A stretch of 64,000 bases of DNA from Candidatus Saccharimonadales bacterium (lineage in GTDB: Bacteria; Patescibacteriota; Saccharimonadia; Saccharimonadales; UBA7683), in NCBI GenBank assembly GCA_046350615.1, contig JAXMAA010000001.1:268263-332262 (forward strand), in the 5' to 3' direction. The notes below the pieces were generated by a model that made no database searches, had not been told where the DNA came from, and worked only from the letters and a program-made list of their open reading frames with translations. Made by a program: the position numbers and the translations under genes. Shown one piece after another: positions 30,253 to 39,470 of the stretch. The first letter of the stretch is position 1; every line of letters begins with the position of its first letter.

Positions 30253-30889
30253 CGTTCATCTCCTTAACGATACCGATGACATCCGACAGCGTATCAATAA
30301 GATAATCAGCACCAGCCTCTTTCAACATTTCAGAGGTTCCGAACCCATGAGTGATGCCTATTGTAGCAAACAGCTTCGCCGATCGAGCAGCTTGTATATC
30401 AGCTGGTAAGTCGCCTACCATAATTGCCCGCCCTGCCGCCACACCTAACCGAGCTAGCGCCGTCAAAACTGGCTCAGGATGTGGCTTGTGGTGCCTAGTG
30501 TCATTGCCGCCAACAATGACAGAGAACTGATCGAGAATGCCCGCCTGCGCGAGAAGCTCCTCGCTCGATGTCGCAGTGGTGACAAGGCCAATCAAAAGGC
30601 CGCTTTTTACAAGCTCGTCGACCACCTTTCCGACCCCCTCATACAGATGCACGTCTTCTTTCAGTTCACTAAACTTTTGATAGAATTTTTCACTTAAATC
30701 ATCTCTCGAGATATGAGGCACAAATCTATCATGTACTGCATTAATATGATGAATGTGTGGGCGCAGATCATCTTGACTTACTTCAACACCATACGAATTA
30801 AGAGCGTGTACGTTAGCTGCCCATAGAGCATCTCGACTATCCCTTAAAACACCGTCGAAATCAAAAAAAACCGCCTCAATCTTAACCAT
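30239..30889 (-). CDS. HAD hydrolase (phosphoglycolate phosphatase/PpaX-like)
   Basis: FDFDGVL, KPHPEP, MVGD...DI. Confidence 0.9.
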   Translation of the reverse strand: MVKIEAVFFDFDGVLRDSRDALWAANVHALNSYGVEVSQDDLRPHIHHINAVHDRFVPHISRDDLSEKFYQKFSELKEDVHLYEGVGKVVDELVKSGLLIGLVTTATSSEELLAQAGILDQFSVIVGGNDTRHHKPHPEPVLTALARLGVAAGRAIMVGDLPADIQAARSAKLFATIGITHGFGTSEMLKEAGADYLIDTLSDVIGIVKEMNDVVT

Positions 30890-31440
30890 TACTGTTTTAG
30901 CTTCTCTAAGTAAAATTGTAGCTCTACAATTGAGGCTTGAATGTCGTCAAAGGCGCGATGAATATCTTTCTTTGCATACTCACCTCTTCCTTGACCCTGC
31001 ATCAGCACTTTTAGGCTCGATACATCAAGCATCCGATAGTGAAGTTTCAGGTCCAATCCTGGCCACCACTTTTCAATAAACTTTTTATCGTTATGGATCG
31101 AGTTACCAGCCAAAACCGCTGGCTCGTTACCAAAATGTTCTTCCACAAAACGTATCAGATCTTGCTCAACCTGTTCAGCACTTGGCGCATTCGGTACATT
31201 TTTTAAGAAGTTATCACGATTTTCCGGATAATCCTTCCACCACACGTTTGCCTGCATACGCTCTGCAAGCACCTTCTTTGGCTGACCAACTAAAGATTCG
31301 TAGCTACCAAGTGTTTTAAAATCAAAATCAGTCACCTCCGCAGCTATTTCAATAATTACATCTTTTTGCGGATCCAGGCCTGTCATCTCTAGGTCTATCC
31401 AGAGAAGCTTGGTTGGTATAATCTTTTTCAAATTCGTCAT
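30889..31440 (-). CDS. orn: oligoribonuclease
   Basis: WIDLEMTGLD, LAGNSI, HYRMLDVSS, HRAFDDI. Confidence 0.95.
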   Translation of the reverse strand: MTNLKKIIPTKLLWIDLEMTGLDPQKDVIIEIAAEVTDFDFKTLGSYESLVGQPKKVLAERMQANVWWKDYPENRDNFLKNVPNAPSAEQVEQDLIRFVEEHFGNEPAVLAGNSIHNDKKFIEKWWPGLDLKLHYRMLDVSSLKVLMQGQGRGEYAKKDIHRAFDDIQASIVELQFYLEKLKQ

Positions 31441-31496
31441 GCCTGTTTGTATATTCCTATGGTTACATTATAGCATATTTAAAACAAAAACTCAAC

Positions 31497-32726
31497 TTAC
31501 CGTTTGTCTTGTAGGAGCTCCTGAAGTGCCAGAATTGTGGCAGCATCTTTGAATGATATGTGCTCTTTTTTGGCAAGTTCTAACATACGCTGTGTAGCTG
31601 AACTCAAAATTTCATTCAATTTTGTATTCACCTTGCGCTCACTCCAAGCTTCGCCTGCCAAATTCTGAAGCCACTCTAAATAACTCACCACCACACCACC
31701 GGCATTAGAAACCACATCTGGTAAAATTTCTCTTCCTCTTTGCAAAAAATTCTCGTGAGCTGCATCTGTTACCGGTCCATTTGCGAGTTCTAAAATTATT
31801 TTGGCCTGCACTGTACTAACATTGTCTTCAACCACTACATCACCAAGCGCGGCGAGTACTAAAATATCAACCGGCAACGAGAGCACTGCATCTCGCTCTA
31901 AAAATTCAGTGTGCGTATTATCAAGATCCTCTATCAAGCCATGCTTGTGCCCGTTATATTCTTCTAGGCTTAAGCCATCGCGGTTGTGAGTAAAGTTTTT
32001 AATAACCAACGTTCGCTTTGAGTCCGAAACAGCCACTACACGTACGCCAAGCTTTTCTTCAGCCAGTTTTGCAAACCAAAAACCAACATTCCCAACTCCT
32101 TGCACGGCAACCGTAATTGTTTTTGGATCGACTTGTTTGCTCTTAAGATACTCTCTGAGCACAATCATACCTCCGCGACCCGTAGCTTGCTCTCGCCCCA
32201 AACTTCCGCCCTTACCAACAGTTTTTCCCGTAAATGCAGCTTTGCTCGTATCGCCAGTATGCTTTTCAAACTCATCAGCCATCCAATCTAAAACTTCAGA
32301 GGGAGTGCCCACATCTGGGCCAGGGACATCTTTATGTGGACCAATATGCGGCAGCAAATGCTGAGCGTATGCGCGTGACACTGCTTCAATATGAGCCTGG
32401 TCATGCTCGCGCGGATCAAACGCGACCCCACCCTTGCCACCACCCATCGGAATACCGGCCGCCGCCGTTTTCAAGCTCATTAAAAGCGCCAAGGCGCGCA
32501 CTTCCTCTTCATCCACCGCTCCGTGAAACCGAATACCACCCTTATATGGCCCGCGCTTACTACTGTGTTGCACACGGTACGCTCTATGTGTTTTACCATT
32601 CACAGAAAGCTCAAAACTATGCACCATCTCCGGAGTCAAGAGCTGTGCAGTTTGCGCCTCACTGAGCTTTAGTCGCTGCGCTGCCCGCTTTACCGTTGCC
32701 TCAGCCGACCTAAGCATACTTCCCAT
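31497..32726 (-). CDS. Glu/Leu/Phe/Val dehydrogenase (glutamate dehydrogenase-like)
   Basis: GPYKGGIRF, GGGKGG, ATGRG, QGVGNVG, ELANGP, NAGGVVVSYLEW. Confidence 0.92.
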   Translation of the reverse strand: MGSMLRSAEATVKRAAQRLKLSEAQTAQLLTPEMVHSFELSVNGKTHRAYRVQHSSKRGPYKGGIRFHGAVDEEEVRALALLMSLKTAAAGIPMGGGKGGVAFDPREHDQAHIEAVSRAYAQHLLPHIGPHKDVPGPDVGTPSEVLDWMADEFEKHTGDTSKAAFTGKTVGKGGSLGREQATGRGGMIVLREYLKSKQVDPKTITVAVQGVGNVGFWFAKLAEEKLGVRVVAVSDSKRTLVIKNFTHNRDGLSLEEYNGHKHGLIEDLDNTHTEFLERDAVLSLPVDILVLAALGDVVVEDNVSTVQAKIILELANGPVTDAAHENFLQRGREILPDVVSNAGGVVVSYLEWLQNLAGEAWSERKVNTKLNEILSSATQRMLELAKKEHISFKDAATILALQELLQDKR

Positions 32727-32728
32727 AG

Positions 32729-33124
32729 TTACTCCTTGTGTGTTAAACAAACCGAGTTAATACAATAATGTTTACCAGTTGGCGTCATAGGATCATCAAA
32801 CAAATGCCCGAGGTGCGAGCCACAGTTTGCGCAGACCACCTCAGTTCGTACCATCCCATTTGAGGCATCTGGCCTCAGCTCAACCGCACCATCCTCGGCC
32901 GCAGCCTCAAAACTCGGCCAACCCACCAATCCAGGCATTTCAGAAAGATGCTGCTGCTTAGCACGAAACAGATGCGCCCCGCAGGCTGCGCAGTAATATT
33001 CTCCCGATTCCCGCGGTTGCACAAACTCGCCAGAAAATGGCATCTCCGTCCCCTTTTTACGCAAAACCCTATACTGCTCCTCCGTCAACTGATCTCGCCA
33101 TTCATTATCGGTTTTCTTAATCAT
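32729..33124 (-). CDS. msrB: peptide-methionine (R)-S-oxide reductase
   Basis: GTE.PF, CAAC, GWPSF, RTEV.C..CGSHLGHLF, YCINS. Confidence 0.95.
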   Translation of the reverse strand: MIKKTDNEWRDQLTEEQYRVLRKKGTEMPFSGEFVQPRESGEYYCAACGAHLFRAKQQHLSEMPGLVGWPSFEAAAEDGAVELRPDASNGMVRTEVVCANCGSHLGHLFDDPMTPTGKHYCINSVCLTHKE

Positions 33125-33383
33125 CACGACCCCATCGCCAACGAGCTGGCTCGCCTTTTTTATAACAGAGGGAGACCAACGCAATTAACCATGTACACGA
33201 AGTCCCGAACAGTAAAAGTCCCTGATAGTTACTCCTCTCTACAAACCGAGCCGCAAGAGCTGTATGTCCAATAAATCCAGCGAGGCAAATCGCATATGCA
33301 AGCCAACCTTGCCACGTCAGCGGGTAGCTCCAACCATATCCATACCGTTTTGCCTTAAACCAATACTGCACCTTCTTCGTCAT
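33117..33383 (-). CDS. small membrane protein
   Basis: WFKAKRYGYGW..P.TWQGW, two TMs, KGEPARWRWG. Confidence 0.8.
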   Translation of the reverse strand: MTKKVQYWFKAKRYGYGWSYPLTWQGWLAYAICLAGFIGHTALAARFVERSNYQGLLLFGTSCTWLIALVSLCYKKGEPARWRWGRDD

Positions 33384-33404
33384 ATTTCCAGTATACGCCC
33401 TTAC

Positions 33405-33478
33405 GCAAAAACTGGCGCCCAAACGCCAGTCTTCAACTCTAAGCTCTACGAACTGCAATCTATTTGCTGCGATCTGTT
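33405..33478. repeat. imperfect direct repeat (copy A) flanking a TA module
   Basis: GCAAAAACTGGCG..CGCCAG..CTAAGCTCT..CTGCAATCTATTTGCTG..ATCTGTT, similar to 34213-34292. Confidence 0.7.
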
Positions 33479-33543
33479 GTCCGCCCCTTTAAGGGCCTGT
33501 GCTATCTTTATCAGACATCAGGCAGGGTCAAGCCGTCACAACC

Positions 33544-33822
33544 TCATCCATACAGCTGGCCATGAGTGCCCAAAAACGCAAAAATAACAATCCGGCCATC
33601 CTCCTTTTCGTAATAAAGCGCCCTAATATCCCCGGTTATATTGATGCTGCGGTACCCGCGGTATTTACCGGTTAATGCATGATCGCGAAGTTGCTTCTGA
33701 CGTTTATCAGCACAGAAAGCAAGAATTCTTTCTTTAGCTTTTATCTGTACTTTCACCGACTGCTTTTTGAGCTGATTAGTGAATTACTTTGAGTATTCAA
33801 CCGTAAAACTTTGCCCCTTCAT
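33544..33822 (-). pseudogene. RelE/YafQ-family toxin with premature TAA at codon 13
   Basis: MKGQSFTVEYSK*FTNQLKKQSVKVQ...LRDHALTGKYRGYRSINITGDIRALY...GTHGQLYG*; internal stop at 33784-33786. Confidence 0.8.
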
Positions 33823-33837
33823 ACCAAACTACCCCTC

Positions 33838-34140
33838 TTATCTACTGTCCTCAATCGATGCATCAATCTCTCTCATAAATGTTTCGTGGTCAACCGTCTC
33901 CAGTGTTCCATTCAGCCGCTCCCGCTCAAACTCGCCAATAATCTTCTCCATCTGCGGCGTCATCTCCTCGGCCGGGAAGTGCTCTACACGGGCGCTAAAA
34001 GTAACACTTTGCGTTCGAACCGCCTCTTTAATAAGGCCATTGATTAAAGACCCCAGAGGCAGACCAAGATCAGCCGCTAACTTCTGCGCCTGTGCTTTTA
34101 CCTTGGGATCAGTTTTAATTGAAAGTGTAGCCGTTTTCAT
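33838..34140 (-). CDS. RelB/DinJ-family antitoxin
   Basis: TLSIKTDPKVKAQAQKLAADLGLPLGSLIN; TATACT 6 nt before ATG. Confidence 0.85.
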   Translation of the reverse strand: MKTATLSIKTDPKVKAQAQKLAADLGLPLGSLINGLIKEAVRTQSVTFSARVEHFPAEEMTPQMEKIIGEFERERLNGTLETVDHETFMREIDASIEDSR

Positions 34141-34212
34141 ACCTAAAGTATAGCAAAAGTATACATAAATACAATACTTCTACGAACTTTTTGTAAAAGA
34201 ACCAACCCTAAA

Positions 34213-34292
34213 GCAAAACTGGCGCCAAAGCGCCAGCTTCTCACCCTAAGCTCTCAGAACTAAGATCTGCAATCTATTTGCTGTTATCTGTT
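34213..34292. repeat. imperfect direct repeat (copy B), includes the likely mscL terminator hairpin
   Basis: CTGGCGC-CAAA-GCGCCAG hairpin followed on the minus strand by TTTT. Confidence 0.7.
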
Positions 34293-34294
34293 AA

Positions 34295-34621
34295 CTAGCT
34301 CTTCTTGTCTATTCGATCAAGCTTCGCCAGATGCACAATCTGGTAAATTACAAAAGCCGTGGCCAAAAGTGTAATCACTGCACCTAAAATAGCGCCCCAA
34401 CCAATAGTTAAAACTCTATCATCGCCGATTTTTACTACTGTCCAACTATACTTACTCAAATCCGTGCCGCCCAAAATGAAGCCAACAATTGGGTTAATAA
34501 AGTTCTCCACCAAAGATTTCACCGCTTCACCAGCAGCAGAACCAATCGCCAAACCAACAGCCAGCCCAACTACACCCTGTTCACGAACATAATCCAAAAA
34601 CCCCTTAGCATGTTTTTTCAT
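34295..34621 (-). CDS. mscL: large-conductance mechanosensitive channel MscL-family protein
   Basis: F..YVREQGVVGLAVGLAIG, VKSLVENFINP, WGAILGAVI. Confidence 0.85.
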   Translation of the reverse strand: MKKHAKGFLDYVREQGVVGLAVGLAIGSAAGEAVKSLVENFINPIVGFILGGTDLSKYSWTVVKIGDDRVLTIGWGAILGAVITLLATAFVIYQIVHLAKLDRIDKKS

Positions 34622-34732
34622 ACAACCTCCCTAAGTTACGATACTGTTAGATCAAATTATACACTAATAATACAGTAAATGGGTCAATGAATAGAATGTT
34701 ATTGATTTAAAATCTATTTTATACTAGAATAT

Positions 34733-35389
34733 ATGCTTATGGCACAATTAGAATTAGATATTGTCACCCATGCCCAAGGATACGGAGATCGAGAAAAAAC
34801 TCGGTTAGTTGCTGAGGCCGCAAGATTAACACACCACGCAATCACTGTTGTCGCCCCCCACGTATGCGTAGCTCAAAGATCATTTGATCATAACGAGCAG
34901 AGGAATCTTGTTACCGCCCGGTATGATACGCCCGGCAGGTCTCAAACCGACATCCTGGACTATCTGGTAGCGCAAAATATACAGCGTAACAGGTTTCGCG
35001 TAGACCCATCGTTAAAGGTGATCTCTTTCATACCCGGACCAACACGACTTAAAGAAACCGATAGAGATGGTGGCGAGATTAAATATCCATATGGCTTCAG
35101 TCTCGAAGAATACAGTGAGGGCGCGGTAGCTGTTGATAAAATACTCGACCTTGTCCCTCAAAGAAGAGCCCGTGCGGCAGCTGCAATACTTGCCTATACA
35201 GCAGTCCACGAGGTTGGCCACCTGCTAGGCTTGGTGCGACCACCCAGAGGTGATAGAAAGAAACATTGCAGGAAACTCTGCGTAATGAAAAGTACTCCTA
35301 CCCCTGAAGATACCGGAAGGGCTGTTGGGGAAATGGGCGGTAGAATTCTATTTTGCGCAGATTGTCGCCTAGACCTCAGAAAAGCTTAA
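34733..35389 (+). CDS. archaemetzincin-like zinc metallopeptidase
   Basis: HEVGHLLGL...HC...CVM...FCADC: HEXXH plus the Cys cluster of the M54 family. Confidence 0.75.
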   Translation: MLMAQLELDIVTHAQGYGDREKTRLVAEAARLTHHAITVVAPHVCVAQRSFDHNEQRNLVTARYDTPGRSQTDILDYLVAQNIQRNRFRVDPSLKVISFIPGPTRLKETDRDGGEIKYPYGFSLEEYSEGAVAVDKILDLVPQRRARAAAAILAYTAVHEVGHLLGLVRPPRGDRKKHCRKLCVMKSTPTPEDTGRAVGEMGGRILFCADCRLDLRKA

Positions 35390-35392
35390 TCT

Positions 35393-35434
35393 AAAAGATA
35401 GTAGCGCTTCGTGGTTACGATACTACTATCTTTT
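35393..35434. terminator. bidirectional terminator-like hairpin
   Basis: AAAAGATAGTAG...CTACTATCTTTT between convergent genes. Confidence 0.6.
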
Positions 35435-35476
35435 TACGAGAAGACTTCTGCCGTAGCACGATCTTCAAAACTACGT

Positions 35477-35761
35477 TTAGCTGGTTACTTGCTGCGTCTT
35501 TTCTTCAAGGTAATCACTCAGGGCAGCAGCATAGAGCTTGTCAACATCCGCAAACTCCTCTTTTAGCCACTGCCACACCGCATCACTACCCTCTTTAGTC
35601 TTCACTTCCAAGGCTGTACGTTGATCATCGCTCATCAGGTCGTCTAACAACCCCATGACACGAAGCTCAACAACATGGTTTACGGTTCTTAAGGTTTCGT
35701 CTTGGATCTCTTTCGGTAGATTACCAATTCCGAGCTTTTCTATTATCTGTTGATCATTCAT
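35477..35761 (-). CDS. DUF5663-like small helical protein
   Basis: LGIGNLP...VELRVMG.L.D.MSDDQ...WL pattern, as recalled for CPR proteins. Confidence 0.7.
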   Translation of the reverse strand: MNDQQIIEKLGIGNLPKEIQDETLRTVNHVVELRVMGLLDDLMSDDQRTALEVKTKEGSDAVWQWLKEEFADVDKLYAAALSDYLEEKTQQVTS

Positions 35762-35831
35762 ATTCTTATTCCTTATTCAATTATTTGTTTTATTTCTACT
35801 CTAAACGTATTGTATCATTAATTATTTCTGA

Positions 35832-37679
35832 CTACATACCGCTTAATAAGTACTTGAGAACTTCCTGGGCTTCAGGTGTCCACTCAGCAGATCCAGGCGC
35901 ACTAATTCCGTAGTCACCGGCAGTTCGCGCATAGCTACCCATTGGGCGGATAATATTATCGGGACCAAGCTGCGTCTCAAGTGTTTTGTAAAGATCGTGA
36001 GCATGCTGACCGCTAATTGAGTGTCCGTTAGCCTCAAAGAACTGTCGGAGCTCTCGCTCGTAGCCACTTCCTGGCTCTACCTCAAACTGTAAACCTTTTG
36101 GTGCCTCTGGGGTTGGTGGCTTTGGTGCCTCTGGGGTTGGTTGTTTCGGAGGTGTAGGCTCTTTAGGGACATCTTTAGGAGTGTCTGGGGCAGGGTCTTT
36201 ACGCAAAGCCTCTTTCAGCTTGAATGCGCCCTTCCCGGCCATAGCACCAAGTGCTGTTGCGGTACGCACACGCTTACGGTTACGCATCATCTCTTTATCG
36301 GTACTAGCCTCGGTTGCGCTAGTTATATCCTCAACCGAGCCCTTACCATCAATTGCATGCGCCGCTTGAATGTCTGCTGCTTTTACAGCACGGTCTTCGA
36401 GTGACTGCTCTGCTGCCACAGTTAAGCCATTTGCCTTGTTGACACCGTTGGCACGACGAGCTGTTACGTGCTTAGCCATCCCGAACCCTGCGGCACCACC
36501 AGTAACGTAAGCTGCTGTTGCGCCAGCGAAGATGCCTCCGGTTAAGCCTGTTACGGCACCAGCTGCTAATACTACACCAGCTTTTTTAAGTTTGCCCTTA
36601 AAGCCTTGTTGGCTAACCCACCAGTTTACAAACTTATTGGTTGATTTACCCTGCGCCTGACGCTGGTGAAGGATTTCATCCTCCAGCTTGCCATCTTGAG
36701 CAATATTACCAATCAGACTCAGCTGGCGCACAACGTCCTCTTCCCAGCCAACACGCTGCAGTTCAGCCGCTGTTGCTTCAGAAAGGGCTGTATACGCCTC
36801 CTCGTACTCTTGTTTGGCTTGTTCGGTTTCAGCATTAAAAGCACGTGTTGAACTCAACTTGTTGGCAAGACCTTGCACTGGCTTGCTAGCCTTAACAGTG
36901 TTCCACTTCTCTACTATCTTGGTAACGCCGGGAATCTTAGCAAGAATACCACCAACTTGGGTATCTGGGCGGAAGAACCGGCCGAGGTATGATTTACGGC
37001 TTTTGGCAGTCATCTCGGCATAACGGCTACGAGCAACGTCAAGGCGCTCAATCATTGCTGGATCTACTTCGGGCAGCTGCACCAACTCACCCGGCTTTTC
37101 TACCGGTACAAGTGCTCCAGGCTTTGGAGCAAGTTCAATCTCGCTACCGGGTTCTACTGGTCCATCGTACTCTGGGTGCCAATCTGAGGGACGATCTTCG
37201 TCGTTTTCCTCTACATGAACAATGCTGGTGCTACCTTCATTCTCGCGCTGATCGTCACCACTGGTAGAAGTGGTTGCTGCTTCGGTATCGAAAGTCCAGG
37301 GCTCGTGGGCCATAGCTCCAATAGGTAGATAGTCTGGGTCCTCCGGATCTGCGTTCTCAGAACGGGTTAAGTAATCATCACCATATTCACCATCGCGTAC
37401 CGGACGAATGTTTAAGTCATCACGTCCGCCATTAAAGAGGTTAGCACCCTCAATACTATATGTAGCACTCGAGTCTTCCTGTTGTTCACTTTGGTCTGAA
37501 ATGCCAGCCGATTTATATTCGGCAAGACTATCCCGAATTTTATCCTGATGTGCGGCTATGACATCCATGTTCTGTTGAGACAGAAATTTGCCATCTGGTC
37601 GGTGACCTTTCCCGCTTTTGTCAACAGTTACAATGTCTGCTATTTCCTGATTACTTGATTGTGGTGCTTTTTCACTCAT
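35832..37679 (-). CDS. large hypothetical protein (acidic disordered N-terminus, Gly/Ala-rich hydrophobic hairpin, Pro-rich linker)
   Basis: 615-aa ORF with AAGAVTGLTGGIFAGATAAYVTGGAAGFG and PTPEAPK repeats; AAAGGA SD; TTGACA-17-TAATAT promoter at 37723-37751 (minus). Confidence 0.8.
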   Translation of the reverse strand: MSEKAPQSSNQEIADIVTVDKSGKGHRPDGKFLSQQNMDVIAAHQDKIRDSLAEYKSAGISDQSEQQEDSSATYSIEGANLFNGGRDDLNIRPVRDGEYGDDYLTRSENADPEDPDYLPIGAMAHEPWTFDTEAATTSTSGDDQRENEGSTSIVHVEENDEDRPSDWHPEYDGPVEPGSEIELAPKPGALVPVEKPGELVQLPEVDPAMIERLDVARSRYAEMTAKSRKSYLGRFFRPDTQVGGILAKIPGVTKIVEKWNTVKASKPVQGLANKLSSTRAFNAETEQAKQEYEEAYTALSEATAAELQRVGWEEDVVRQLSLIGNIAQDGKLEDEILHQRQAQGKSTNKFVNWWVSQQGFKGKLKKAGVVLAAGAVTGLTGGIFAGATAAYVTGGAAGFGMAKHVTARRANGVNKANGLTVAAEQSLEDRAVKAADIQAAHAIDGKGSVEDITSATEASTDKEMMRNRKRVRTATALGAMAGKGAFKLKEALRKDPAPDTPKDVPKEPTPPKQPTPEAPKPPTPEAPKGLQFEVEPGSGYERELRQFFEANGHSISGQHAHDLYKTLETQLGPDNIIRPMGSYARTAGDYGISAPGSAEWTPEAQEVLKYLLSGM

Positions 37680-37878
37680 TATTTTGTTTCCTTTTTGTTT
37701 GATTTAATGTTGTGATGATACTATATTAGCAAATCATAAGCTTTTTGTCAAGTACTATGACATCATTTTGTGTGTTATGTTATTTTCCGTTATAAAGTGT
37801 TCTGCTGAATTCTATCTGTTATTGCTTATGATTTTTAATATAAATTGCTTATTCTTGACAAAATTGTGGTATAAAGTA

Positions 37879-37907
37879 TTGACATAAATAATATTTTGTG
37901 ATAAACT
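37879..37907 (+). promoter_or_regulatory. sigma70 promoter for the structured-RNA/high-GC cassette
   Basis: TTGACA-17 nt-TAAACT with an extended -10 TG; a hairpin starts ~7 nt downstream. Confidence 0.75.
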
Positions 37908-37912
37908 GTATT

Positions 37913-38468
37913 CATCATCGTTTTGCGGCAACTGTGAGGTGGAGAACTCTCAGCTAACCAGCAAAGGATAGCGATGAGTACTTATAACAAGAGACGTACA
38001 GGCTATCAGAGTAATCTGATGGTTTTTGGCGCCTTAAAGTAACTCATAGGTAAAACGAGATCGCCTATAAAGTGGTCATGTGAGGTACATTAACAAGCTA
38101 CGGTACATAACTTTTGTTATGTATTAGTCAAATCATTACAGTGTATAAACCTGTTGCAACAAAGGCTTCGGGGCAGAGTTGTGTTTAGCTGAATTAACTT
38201 TTGATCCGCCGCAAACGAACCAAAGGCTAATTCGCCGCTAAGCACTACTCTGCTCCTGAGGCAGTTCGGCCTTACAGCTTGAACACTTTAGTTGCAGCAG
38301 ACCGTTTACTTTGTGCGCTTATAGTTACTATAAGATGCACTCGAACACACTAACGCAACAAGCGCATTGATAGCCTTCCAGTTGGGCAGGAGGTATGCCG
38401 CCAAGTACATAATTATGAAAAAATTGTGTGCTGCGCGGCATATCCCCAACCCGACCCAGGAGGTCATT
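37913..38468 (+). ncRNA. ~550-nt highly structured 5' leader (5' half of an RNA scaffold)
   Basis: Hairpins ATCAGA-GTAA-TCTGAT, GTACATAAC-TTTT-GTTATGTAT, a 98-nt stem at 38165-38262 with G-U pairs, GTGCGCTTATAG-TTA-CTATAAGATGCAC; long-range complementarity to 40565-40752. Confidence 0.65.
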
Positions 38469-39332
38469 ATGCCACGTCCCACCACGCACGATGACCTCGT
38501 GCGCAAGAGCCGAGGGATCACCTCGGCCCACAAGGGCTTGGCCGGTCACACGGCCGAGCTCACCGAGCTCAAGACCCGGCTGCGGCAGGCGCAGGACCGC
38601 ATCGCCCAGATGCAGCCCACCGTCAGCCACGTGCCGGGTCACCAGCGCGGGCTGATCCGCCTCAGCGGGCGGATCAAGGCCCTCGACGCCCAGCTCAACG
38701 AGCTGCTGCACCGCGAGGCCACCGGCACCACCGGTGGCAAGGAGCCCAGCCCCACGCTGACGGCTGCCTGGCAGAAGGAGTTCGACCGCCTCCAGCAGGA
38801 GGTGCGCGGCTACTTCACGGACCTCGACAGCCAGATGGCTGCGATCCGCGATCGGCTCGACGAGCACGACCTCAAGTTCGCCAACCACGGCGAGCGGATC
38901 GAGGCCGTGGAGGTGCAGAGCAACGCGAACGCCACGGCGATCGCCAGCCTGCGCAGCCGCGTCGACGAGCGGGTCCACCCCGCGCTCTGGATCGCCTCCT
39001 TCGTGGGGGCCATCTTGGGCGGCCTGTTCATGGCCGTCTACGACTGGAGCAGGGTCATCAAGGTCAGCGAGACCACGACGACGGTCGGTAACCCGGCCCT
39101 CGACTCGTGGTTCGGCATCACGCTGGGCGCCCTCGTGGGGTTCTTCGTGGTGTTGGCGATCGGCATGCTCTTCAGCGCCCTCGCGGGCAACGATGAGCAG
39201 GAGGTGACCACCGCTTCGGCGGCGTCCGCCTCGAGCCGCATCGCGATGCGTGATGTGGCAGCTCCGCCGACGGCGGTGCAGCCGGTGATCCCGCAGCCAG
39301 CTTCGGTCGACCGGCCTCAGCCGGTCGCCTAG
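38469..39332 (+). CDS. high-GC coiled-coil protein with two TM helices
   Basis: AGGAGGT SD before ATG 38469; third codon positions nearly all G/C; heptad-rich N-terminus; TMs ALWIASFVGAILGGLFMAVY and WFGITLGALVGFFVVLAIGMLFSAL. Confidence 0.85.
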   Translation: MPRPTTHDDLVRKSRGITSAHKGLAGHTAELTELKTRLRQAQDRIAQMQPTVSHVPGHQRGLIRLSGRIKALDAQLNELLHREATGTTGGKEPSPTLTAAWQKEFDRLQQEVRGYFTDLDSQMAAIRDRLDEHDLKFANHGERIEAVEVQSNANATAIASLRSRVDERVHPALWIASFVGAILGGLFMAVYDWSRVIKVSETTTTVGNPALDSWFGITLGALVGFFVVLAIGMLFSALAGNDEQEVTTASAASASSRIAMRDVAAPPTAVQPVIPQPASVDRPQPVA

Positions 39333-39470
39333 CTGGCGCTGCCGAGCTCCCCATGAGGAGAAGGTTATGTGCACCTGGGTACTCGGGATACTAAATCCTG
39401 CCCAAAGCGCCGGGGGCAACAGCTACCCACAGTCCAACACGCTTCAACCACAATAGGAGGTAGCTCTCAA
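39333..39470 (+). ncRNA. structured intercistronic element
   Basis: CTGGCGCT/AGCGCCGG closes three small hairpins; AGCTACC/GGTAGCT partly covers the next SD. Confidence 0.5.

Noticed and set aside
15381-33786. In-frame TAA in two toxins as stop-codon recoding or an alternative genetic code
   Set aside because: TAA, TAG and TGA all terminate conserved housekeeping genes here at the expected positions; nonsense mutation is simpler.
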